UHGV virus genome: UHGV-0329186
Source: a virus
Reading direction: 5' to 3' (one strand)
Length of the DNA: 23,864 nt
Shown piece by piece: positions 14,156 to 20,672 of this stretch. Position 1 is the stretch's first letter. The number at the start of each line of letters is the position of its first letter. Under the pieces are notes generated by a model. That model worked only from the letters and a program-made list of their open reading frames with translations, was not told the origin of the DNA and ran no database searches. A program made the translations under genes and the position numbers.

Positions 14156-14675
14156 TCAGCAACCCCGGTATCAGTTCATCCAGCGCGGCTGCTTTGTTCA
14201 TGGCTTTGATGATATCCCGTTTCAGGAAATCAACATGTCGGTTTTCCAGTTCCGGAAAACGCCGCTGCACCGACAGGGGGATCCCGTCGAGAATACTGGC
14301 AATTTCACCTGCGATCCGCGACAGCACGAAAGTACAGAATGCGGTTTCCACCACTTCAGCGGAGTCTCTGGCATTTTTCAGCTCCTGTGCGTCGGCCTGC
14401 GCACGCGTAAGTCGATGGCGTTCGTACTCAATAGTCCCAGGCTGGAGATCTGCCTCACTGGCAGCCCTGTAATCCTCAACCTCTTTACGGAGTTTTTCAT
14501 TTTCGATATCAGCTTCCCTCTGCGCATACCACTGAATTGCCATGGCGGTATCAAATCCAGATTCAACGCCCTTACCACCTCCGGAGACGCAAGGGAGTCC
14601 CTGAGACTGCCAGCGTTCAATCGTTCGCGGATCCACGTTGAAAATTTCGGCAAGTTTCTTTTTATTAACCTTCAT
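14130..14675 (-). CDS. Nu1: Terminase small subunit Nu1
   Basis: 181 aa ORF ([28 protein letters not shown]...), same length as lambda Nu1 with an N-terminal winged-HTH-like segment; immediately downstream of cos. Confidence 0.9.
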
Positions 14676-14850
14676 GAAACAGTCTCACAATAAATACAGG
14701 GGCCGACATGAAAGTGCCCGAAAATGACTTTTTTAGGCGTTTCATGTCGGACCTTTTACGGATTCGATATTAGAAAAAACAAATAGTTATGTTCGAGAAG
14801 TACCGACATGATTTTCCCCAGAAAATTTTCATAAATAGCGAAAACCCGCG
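14676..14850 (-). promoter_or_regulatory. cosB region (terminase/IHF binding region between cosN and Nu1)
   Basis: Non-coding interval between cosN and the Nu1 start whose sequence matches the lambda left end as I recall it (CGCGGGTTTTCGCTATTTATGAAAATTTTC... on the minus strand). Confidence 0.65.
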
Positions 14851-14862
14851 AGGTCGCCGCCC
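14851..14862 (-). other. cosN, the 12-nt cohesive-end site
   Basis: Plus strand aggtcgccgccc is the reverse complement of GGGCGGCGACCT; the flanking sequence (…ACGGGTCCTTTCCGGTGATCCGACAGGTTACG | GGGCGGCGACCT CGCGGGTTTTCGC…) matches the lambda genome ends as I remember them. Confidence 0.85.
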
Positions 14863-15061
14863 CGTAACCTGTCGGATCACCGGAAAGGACCCGTAAAGCG
14901 ATAATGATTATCATCTACATATCACAACGTGCGTGGAGGCCATCAAACCACGTCAAATAATCAATTATGACGCAGGTATCGTATTAATTGATCTGCATCA
15001 ACCTAACGTAAAAACAACTTCAGACAATACAAATCAGCGACACTGAATACAGGGCAACCTC

Positions 15062-15295
15062 ATGTCAACGAAGAACAGAACCCGCAGAACAACAACCCGC
15101 AACATCCGCTTTCCTAACCAAATGATTGAACAAATTAACATCGCTCTTGTTCAAAAAGGGTCCGGGAATTTCTCAGCCTGGGTCATTGAAGCCTGCCGCC
15201 GGAGACTGTGCTCAGAAAAAAGAGTTTCGCCTGAAGCAAACAAAGAAAAGAGTGACATTACTGAATTGCTCAGAAAACAGGTCAGACCAGATTGA
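15062..15295 (+). CDS. Small basic protein, possibly ribbon-helix-helix DNA-binding; resembles the YlcI/YnfO (DUF3950) family of E. coli cryptic prophages (from memory, unverified)
   Basis: 77 aa ORF on the strand opposite the late operon, 200 bp from cosN; Arg/Thr-rich N-terminus then NIRFPNQMIEQINIAL...FSAWVIEACRRRL. Confidence 0.45.
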   Translation: MSTKNRTRRTTTRNIRFPNQMIEQINIALVQKGSGNFSAWVIEACRRRLCSEKRVSPEANKEKSDITELLRKQVRPD

Positions 15296-15351
15296 AGCAA
15301 TTTAGATAATCGTGCAGACTACCCCCCTCATATCACATGGAAGGTACTACA

Positions 15352-15762
15352 ATGGCTCAGATTGCCATTTTTAAACAAATATTCGATAAAGTGCGAAATA
15401 ATTTAAACTATCACTGGTTTTATTCTGAACTAAAACGTCACAATGTCTCACATTACATTTACTATTTAGCCACAGAGAATATTCATCTTGTTCTTGAAAA
15501 CGATAATACGGTTTTAATAAAAGGACAGGGTAAGGTTGTAAATGTAAGATTTTCAAAAAATAAATGCCTTATAGAAGCCACCTTAAAAGGATTCAAATCA
15601 GGAGAGTTATCATTTTACGAATACAGGAAAAATCTTGCTACAGCAGGGGTTTTCAGATGGATTACAAATATCCACGAAAACAAAAGGTATTACTATACCT
15701 TTGATAATTCATTACTCTTTACTGAGAACATTCAGAACACTACACAAATATTTCCGCACTAA
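15352..15762 (+). CDS. YbcV/YdfO-like (DUF1398) protein, function unknown
   Basis: AT-rich ORF; start moved to the second ATG (15352), which has a GGAAGG Shine-Dalgarno 7 nt upstream and gives 136 aa ([17 protein letters not shown]...); sits in the Rz-to-cos moron position. Confidence 0.55.
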   Translation: MAQIAIFKQIFDKVRNNLNYHWFYSELKRHNVSHYIYYLATENIHLVLENDNTVLIKGQGKVVNVRFSKNKCLIEATLKGFKSGELSFYEYRKNLATAGVFRWITNIHENKRYYYTFDNSLLFTENIQNTTQIFPH

Positions 15763-16069
15763 ATCATAACGTCCGGTTTCTTCCGTGCCAGAACCGGACT
15801 CGCTGGCATGATGAAATATGTGTACCCGGTAACCCCGGTGTGCATCGTTTTTGATTATTCCCCCACACTTGTGCAGAAGGAGTTCCCCGTCAGGCTACAG
15901 TCATAATTAATGCAAGAGTACAGCGACGATACAGCGCACAGAAATAAATCAGGTATCCATTGACTTCACAAAGACGGTACATAGCATCGACAGGAGTAAT
16001 TGCGTAAATTGAACTCTTGGCACACTTTAGCCACCGGCGAATCTTCAGCGGATTATCCTTGGCCGGTTT

Positions 16070-16534
16070 TTATCTGAGGCATTGCTCTCGAATGTATAGC
16101 TGTGCCCCTTCAAGTTGTTTTTGCATTATTATCAGTCGCGCTCTGAGGGTGAAATAATCCCGTTCAGCGGTGTCTGCCAGTCGGGGGGAGGCTGCATTAT
16201 CCACGCCGGAGGCGGTGGTGGCTTCACGCACTGACTGACAGACTGCTTTGATGTGCAACCGACGACGACCAGCGGCAACATCATCACGCAGAGCATCATT
16301 TTCAGCTTTCGCATCAGCTAACTCCTTCGTGTATTTTGCATCGAGCGCAGCAACATCACGCTGACGCATCTGCATGTCAGTAATTGCCGCGTTCGCCAGC
16401 TTCAGTTCTCTGACATTTTTGTCGCGCTGGGCTTTGTAGGTAATGGCGTTATCACGGTAATGATTCAGCCCCAGACTAAGCGCACCACAGGCCACCAGCA
16501 GGGCAATGATGACCACGCACAGTACGCGGTTCAT
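16070..16534 (-). CDS. Rz: Spanin inner-membrane subunit Rz (i-spanin)
   Basis: 154 aa; N-terminal TM segment, then ...[107 protein letters not shown]..., close to lambda Rz as I recall it. Confidence 0.9.
   Translation of the reverse strand: MNRVLCVVIIALLVACGALSLGLNHYRDNAITYKAQRDKNVRELKLANAAITDMQMRQRDVAALDAKYTKELADAKAENDALRDDVAAGRRRLHIKAVCQSVREATTASGVDNAASPRLADTAERDYFTLRARLIIMQKQLEGAQLYIREQCLR
16132..16314 (-). CDS. Rz1: Spanin outer-membrane lipoprotein Rz1 (o-spanin), embedded in the +1 frame of Rz
   Basis: 60 aa, [20 protein letters not shown]... with lipobox LVVVGC and a proline-rich [15 protein letters not shown] segment; lies wholly inside Rz. Confidence 0.88.
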   Translation of the reverse strand: MRKLKMMLCVMMLPLVVVGCTSKQSVSQCVKPPPPPAWIMQPPPDWQTPLNGIISPSERD

Positions 16535-16535
16535 T

Positions 16536-16634
16536 TCACCACCAGCGTATCTGACCGATGAAATAACCAGAGGCCATAATCACAAACACCAGCCAGATAA
16601 GAATGAACTTCCAGGTGGATAATTTTTCAGCCAT
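16536..16634 (-). CDS. Candidate 32-aa single-TM peptide between endolysin and Rz (hypothetical)
   Basis: ATG at 16634 preceded by GGGAGA about 9 nt upstream; [32 protein letters not shown]; its TGA stop is 1 nt from the Rz ATG. Below the ORF-track length cutoff. Confidence 0.3.
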   Translation of the reverse strand: MAEKLSTWKFILIWLVFVIMASGYFIGQIRWW

Positions 16635-16709
16635 CACTCGAATCTCCCGAATCAGTTTGCTAAAATCAAACACACTTTCTCCTTTGACTTTTCCGGAGTC
16701 AGGAAACAC

Positions 16710-16742
16710 AAAACCCCGCTTGGTGCCAACAAACGGGGTTTT
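16710..16742. terminator. Hairpin flanked by A/T runs (bidirectional terminator-like) in the endolysin-Rz spacer
   Basis: aaaaCCCCG-(15 nt loop)-CGGGGtttt; a U-run follows the stem on both strands. Confidence 0.3.
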
Positions 16743-16832
16743 TACTTTTATTCACTTACGTTTCGCCACTTCGCAGGATTTCATGTTATCCGCCCGCGTG
16801 GCCATGCCTTATTTTTCAGCAAAATATTCTGC

Positions 16833-17366
16833 TTATCTGTCGATACCCCAGCACGCCAGCGCGCTCTCCTGGTCACGACGGGATACCTGACCGTAGCAGT
16901 TGTTTGAACGAATACGGCAGTCTCTGCCACCGTCCTTAATCCACCAGCGAATCGCCTCACACGCGCCCCTGCGATCACCTGCATTAATTCGTTTATAAAA
17001 CGTCGACGGGAAACACTTACCGGGACCAATGTTGTACGGACAGAATGACGCGATCCCCGCTTTCTGGGGTTCGCTCAATGGCACTTTGATGTTTTTCTCC
17101 ACCCATGCCAGCGCCTTATCACGCTCAATGGCGTTGACCTGGTCGCATTTTTCCTTCGACAGTTTCATACCGGGAAAAACGGGTTTTCCATCCACCATCG
17201 TGGCCCCCCGACAGATGGTCCAGTTGCCGGAACCATCGCGGTATGCCGTAGTGTGGTTACCCTCTTTTTCATCCAGAAACTGGTCAAGTATCTGAGGAGC
17301 TGATGCGCCTGCTCCAATCAGCGCCAGAACTGCAGCTGACAGGCCGTATTTGATTTTTGCGTTCAT
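16833..17366 (-). CDS. R: SAR-type endolysin (phage-21 R-like lysozyme)
   Basis: 177 aa; N-terminal Gly/Ala-rich weakly hydrophobic segment (YGLSAAVLALIGAGASAPQIL) typical of a signal-anchor-release domain, followed by E...D...T spacing (EGNHTTAYRDGSGNWTICRG) like T4/P21-type lysozymes. Confidence 0.8.
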   Translation of the reverse strand: MNAKIKYGLSAAVLALIGAGASAPQILDQFLDEKEGNHTTAYRDGSGNWTICRGATMVDGKPVFPGMKLSKEKCDQVNAIERDKALAWVEKNIKVPLSEPQKAGIASFCPYNIGPGKCFPSTFYKRINAGDRRGACEAIRWWIKDGGRDCRIRSNNCYGQVSRRDQESALACWGIDR

Positions 17367-17471
17367 GGATATTTATCAGGATTTATCGGTTTCTGAACCC
17401 TGGATATGTTTATCTGTCCCGGCCTGTTGAATCAGGCGGGGAAAAGGTAAAGACAATCAAGAGGATTATTT

Positions 17472-17744
17472 ATGGACAATAGCACCATTTCTCTACAGGA
17501 GTTGCTCGACTGCATTTCCAGGCTTCGGGATGATGTAAATGCCCTCACTGTTGCATTTTCACATCTGGCCTTATCAATTCCCAGGGAGCAAATGCTGCCA
17601 ACGCTGGCATCCATTCATTTTGAATCACGCAACCCCAAATGGTCCCAGGAACAACAAAATTCTTTCAAGTGGCTGGCGGCATTGCTGGAAGAAAATTATG
17701 CTGGCAAAACTACCATTTCGGCGGAGTCTTCAGGGAACCAGTAA
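17472..17744 (+). CDS. Hypothetical protein, antisense to the late operon inside the lysis cassette
   Basis: 90 aa ORF with AAGAGGA Shine-Dalgarno 6-7 nt upstream of the ATG; no homolog recognised by eye; its 3' end overlaps the 3' end of the convergent 17710-18054 ORF. Confidence 0.4.
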   Translation: MDNSTISLQELLDCISRLRDDVNALTVAFSHLALSIPREQMLPTLASIHFESRNPKWSQEQQNSFKWLAALLEENYAGKTTISAESSGNQ

Positions 17745-18054
17745 TCCTTCCCGGTAGCTTTCCTTTGTAGGTTATCCATACATTCTGCGCCTCTAAAATT
17801 ACGGGGCGCTTTTCCGGCGACTGCTCATCCCCTTCACATAACCCGGCAGCGACATCCAGGAAGACCTGTCTGATGCTCCTTCTGGCCGCTGCCTCATAAA
17901 ACTCCAGCGCAGCACCTTCAACACGGTCCAGCGAGATGTCCAGGTCAAAAATTTCACCGTCAAAGCGTTCTTTGTCCTGTAATGCTAAAGTTACCGTAAC
18001 TTTATTCTCAAAATTGCGGATCCCTTTCACAATCAGTTCATAGTTTTGAGTCAT
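17710..18054 (-). CDS. YdfR-like (DUF1327) protein of the kind found between holin and endolysin in E. coli lambdoid prophages
   Basis: 114 aa ORF immediately downstream of the holin; motifs VKGIRNFENKVTVTLALQDKERFDGEIFDLD...EGAALEFYEAAARRS resemble my recollection of Qin-prophage YdfR. Confidence 0.5.
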   Translation of the reverse strand: MTQNYELIVKGIRNFENKVTVTLALQDKERFDGEIFDLDISLDRVEGAALEFYEAAARRSIRQVFLDVAAGLCEGDEQSPEKRPVILEAQNVWITYKGKLPGRITGSLKTPPKW

Positions 18055-18058
18055 TGAA

Positions 18059-18274
18059 TTACTCTCCCCGTGCCGCCTTACGACGGTCCTCTCTGATTTT
18101 GAAATACAGGTTAGTCAGATATGTCAGCAGCCCAAACAGCAGACTCCCCAGCACGCCTATTGCCGCCCACTGAGACGGGGAAACCCTGTCCAGCAACTGC
18201 AGGAACCAGTAGCCCGTTCCCACCGCTGACGTGGTGTATGACACACCTGTTGTGATTTTTTCCATCTGGTCCAT
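18059..18274 (-). CDS. S: Class II holin, phage-21 S-type (pinholin) with dual start motif
   Basis: 71 aa from ATG 18274 ([26 protein letters not shown]...[36 protein letters not shown]); second in-frame ATG at 18265 (Met4); two TM segments and a basic C-terminus as in S21. Confidence 0.85.
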   Translation of the reverse strand: MDQMEKITTGVSYTTSAVGTGYWFLQLLDRVSPSQWAAIGVLGSLLFGLLTYLTNLYFKIREDRRKAARGE

Positions 18275-18581
18275 ACCCCGTCTCCCGTTATCCGGAAGCT
18301 GAAAACAATAAAAAAGCCACCAGTTAACTACTGATGGCTCTGATAACTCATGCAAGCGTCTCAGACGACCCACTGACACTACCGGTGAGTTTAACGATAC
18401 CTTCCATTTGACTGGCTCACTTTTTATGATGATGCCGGTGCATTTATCTCCAGCGCCAGACTTTCTATCTCAACGCCATACGTTACATTTTTGGTAATAT
18501 CCATCAGCGTCAGTGCATTTAGTCCCACTGCCAGACTGTCTTTTATGGCCTGGAATGCCGGGCCAGTACGATGACGTAGTA

Positions 18582-18770
18582 TCACTCCGGCTCAGTTGCA
18601 CCACTGACCACCACATCACCTTCTGCTGCAATCGCCTGCATCAGGGTATAAGGGGTTATGGCCACCGGACTACCAAACGGCTGCCCGCCCTCTTTCAGTT
18701 TATGTGTCAGCTTTTCCGCAAGATCTGACGGCGGCGCCGCCCTGACAACATCATAGTGTTTAAATGCCAT
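18582..18770 (-). CDS. Small conserved hypothetical protein upstream of the holin (possibly DUF1737-like)
   Basis: 62 aa from ATG 18770 (MAFKHYDVVRAAPPSDLAEKLTHKLKEGGQPFGSPVAITPYTLMQAIAAEGDVVVSGATEPE) with a GGAAAG RBS-like sequence; the track ORF starts 4 codons earlier at GTG. Confidence 0.4.
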   Translation of the reverse strand: MAFKHYDVVRAAPPSDLAEKLTHKLKEGGQPFGSPVAITPYTLMQAIAAEGDVVVSGATEPE

Positions 18771-19023
18771 GGTTCTTTCCACTATCTGAAAAATAATTCT
18801 TTAAAATACCGGATATGTAATACAGAAAAAACACAAAACCATACCTTAAATAAAAACCTGATTATCAAGCAGATATGCATGGATAAACTACAAGACGAGA
18901 TATAAACCACCCTGCATTTAAATAAACAACATCAGAAAAATAATTCTGCGCTATGGTTTACATTCAAAAATATCATTTATACTTTTCAGAACATCACCAG
19001 CAAGGCATAAACAAGGAAGCTAA

Positions 19024-19359
19024 ATGAAGTGGATTGTGATTGATACAGTTATCCAGCCATCATGCGGAATATCTTTTTCAGTCATATGGAGTAAAGTAAA
19101 ATTAATAATCTGGTATCAATCGGATGCTTTCTTACCTCCTGAAAGTATATTTACACTGACTCACACAGGTATCATGCTCAATAACAAAGTGCTACCTGTA
19201 ACCATTTACAACGTAGTACCATTCAATAAAACATTCTGGAATTTAATCAAAAACAGCCAGGAATGCCCTACAAATACAGATAACGTATTGAATGAATGCT
19301 TTAATAACCGTTGCACTCTGCAAATATGTCCTTATGGACTAAAACAACAAAGTCCATAA
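19024..19359 (+). CDS. AT-rich hypothetical protein (moron cargo), antisense to the late operon
   Basis: 111 aa ORF with AAGGAAG Shine-Dalgarno; markedly lower G+C than neighbours; four Cys in the C-terminal 30 residues; followed by two strong hairpins. Confidence 0.45.
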   Translation: MKWIVIDTVIQPSCGISFSVIWSKVKLIIWYQSDAFLPPESIFTLTHTGIMLNNKVLPVTIYNVVPFNKTFWNLIKNSQECPTNTDNVLNECFNNRCTLQICPYGLKQQSP

Positions 19360-19415
19360 GGAGTTTACTCACATCTGACAAAATCAATATAAACAGCCCC
19401 TCCGGAGAGGGGCTG
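19333..19415 (+). terminator. Two stable hairpins at and just after the 3' end of the 19024-19359 ORF
   Basis: tatggact-(10 nt)-agtccata at 19333-19358 (8-bp stem) and cagcccctc-cgga-gaggggctg at 19394-19415 (9-bp stem); neither has a clean U-tract. Confidence 0.3.
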
Positions 19416-19806
19416 GAGAGTGGCGCTATGTGCCATTGCATGGTGCCGGGTGCCTCCCGGTGAATTCAGTACCAGCACCTGAATCCGCGATTATCCCATA
19501 TACCTACTCGCTGATTGCCCCTCCGCACAGGGGGATTCACCATGCCAGTTTCTTTTAACAAACTCCCCGCAAACCAGACAACAGTCAACCGCCTGAATTG
19601 TGAAGTATTTAAAAATTTCTCCCGCTAACTGATACCCGGCTAACAGTCTGGCGTTTTCTTTTTCAGCAACGGGAAAGCAACAACCACCACACCCGCCACC
19701 AGCACACCGTCAGCCAGCACTGACATTATCCGGCTGCTGCAATGCCATTCACAAAAACAGTAAGCAATCACTTTTTACCGTAACAGGTGATAATCCAGAT
19801 ATGTAT

Positions 19807-20160
19807 CTACCCCAGATGAGTAATCCGAAGTTCATCCATACCACAGGTCCTGGCTATTCTGTTGTACTCCTGAACAAGAGCAAATAATTCTGAATTAGCA
19901 ACCATGAACTCATCGCAAACCCTCTGTATAGCATCACTATTCAGAAGAATAACGTCTCTTCCCGAAAGACGATCAGGAGTACAGAACAAAACTGTCAAAC
20001 GGCTGAAGGCCTTTGCTCGTGCTGCATTGACTATATCAATACGCTGCCTAAGGATGAAACACCCCGACGCCTCATCAATATTCACTCTACCCACACCATA
20101 TGAATGATAAATATTTAATACTGAAAAAACCATTAGACCGTATAACAAACACTCAATCAA
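19807..20160 (-). CDS. Hypothetical protein in the late-operon orientation; start uncertain (TTG at 20160 or ATG at 20133)
   Basis: 108-117 aa ORF, AT-rich; hydrophobic N-terminus; no family recognised; weak RBS at both candidate starts. Confidence 0.35.
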   Translation of the reverse strand: MIECLLYGLMVFSVLNIYHSYGVGRVNIDEASGCFILRQRIDIVNAARAKAFSRLTVLFCTPDRLSGRDVILLNSDAIQRVCDEFMVANSELFALVQEYNRIARTCGMDELRITHLG

Positions 20161-20270
20161 TACTTAACAGAACTTTTATTTTTGACAAACATATAATATT
20201 TTCAACAATATCCTGAGCCAGGTATATTCCAGTATAAGGCTCTGCCGGAAGGAATCTGGAAGAATGAATA

Positions 20271-20347
20271 TGGCGCGCTGTACTGGATTCGAACCAGTGA
20301 CCGATTGCTTAGAAGGCAATTGCTCTGTCCGGCTGAGCTAACAACGC
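20271..20347 (-). tRNA. tRNA-Arg (anticodon TCT)
   Basis: Minus strand folds as a cloverleaf: acceptor GCGTTGT/ACAGCGC, D stem GCTC/GAGC, anticodon stem ATTGC/GCAAT with loop CT-TCT-AA, T arm ACTGG-TTCGAAT-CCAGT, discriminator G and encoded CCA. Confidence 0.85.
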
Positions 20348-20360
20348 TGAATACCGATAA

Positions 20361-20446
20361 TGGACCGCCATCGGGGACCCGCCCCCCCCCCCGCACCAAC
20401 ACCCCTGTTATCGTGTCGTCTGCTCTTCCTGATAAGCTAATGGCGG
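20361..20446 (-). pseudogene. Degenerate tRNA-like element (possible decayed tRNA) containing a G11 homopolymer
   Basis: 7-bp acceptor-like inverted repeat CCGCCAT...ATGGCGG followed by T-CCA; D-arm-like GCTT/GAGC with a GG-containing loop; anticodon and T arms do not fold canonically. Confidence 0.3.
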
Positions 20447-20453
20447 TTTGTGA

Positions 20454-20529
20454 TGGTGGCCCTTGCTGGATTTGAACCAGCGACCTGGCGATTATGAGTC
20501 GCTCGCTCTCACCACTGAGCTAAAGGACC
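20454..20529 (-). tRNA. tRNA with CAT anticodon (Ile2/ileX-ileZ type, or Met)
   Basis: Minus strand GGTCCTTTAGCTCAGTGGTGAGAGCGAGCGACTCATAATCGCCAGGTCGCTGGTTCAAATCCAGCAAGGGCCACCA: canonical acceptor, D and T arms, anticodon loop CT-CAT-AA, encoded CCA; very similar to E. coli ileX as I recall it. Confidence 0.85.
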
Positions 20530-20565
20530 GGGAGCAGAATAATAACGGTCCGTAATTAATTCCGC

Positions 20566-20592
20566 AATAAAAAACCCGCTCGGCGGCGGGTT
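20566..20592 (-). terminator. Intrinsic terminator downstream of the putative late promoter (tR'-like)
   Basis: Minus strand AACCCGC-CGCCGA-GCGGGTT followed by TTTTATT; lies between the Q stop and the first tRNA. Confidence 0.45.
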
Positions 20593-20639
20593 GTAGAAAC
20601 TCTTCTAACGTCAGGCATAAAACGCCCATCGTTATGACG

Positions 20640-20667
20640 AATTTACCACAGATTCCGGAAAAATCAA
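20640..20667 (-). promoter_or_regulatory. Candidate late promoter (PR'-like) with the expected qut region
   Basis: Minus strand TTGATT-N16-TAAATT, 6-30 nt downstream of the Q stop, in the position of PR' in lambdoid phages. Confidence 0.35.
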
Positions 20668-20672
20668 CCTTG

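Noticed and set aside
15763-16069. A bor-like lipoprotein gene between Rz and the moron genes, as in lambda.
   Set aside because: No ORF with an N-terminal lipobox on the appropriate strand; only a 32-codon ORF (15809-15907) without an RBS, and hairpins.
16603-16890. 95-aa plus-strand ORF spanning the endolysin-Rz spacer.
   Set aside because: It runs antisense across the terminator hairpin and into the endolysin 3' end, with no RBS. Likely non-coding.
18513-18728. 71-aa plus-strand ORF upstream of the holin.
   Set aside because: Antisense to the better-supported small minus-strand ORF (18582-18770) and lacking an RBS.
19640-19726. 28-aa hydrophobic minus-strand ORF (MSVLADGVLVAGVVVVAFPLLKKKTPDC) in the cargo-island spacer.
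   Set aside because: No convincing Shine-Dalgarno, and the hydrophobic run arises from a GTG/GTT-rich repeat-like stretch that could give this by chance. Not listed as a feature.
18783-20270. Shiga toxin (stxA/stxB) or another AB5 toxin in the Q-to-S cargo slot.
   Set aside because: The two ORFs there are 111 and about 117 aa, lack signal peptides, and are convergent rather than an A-B operon. No resemblance to StxA/StxB.
20202-20402. 66-aa minus-strand ORF in the ORF track.
   Set aside because: It overlaps the tRNA-Arg gene and the homopolymer tract, and most of its sequence is the tRNA read as codons. Spurious.
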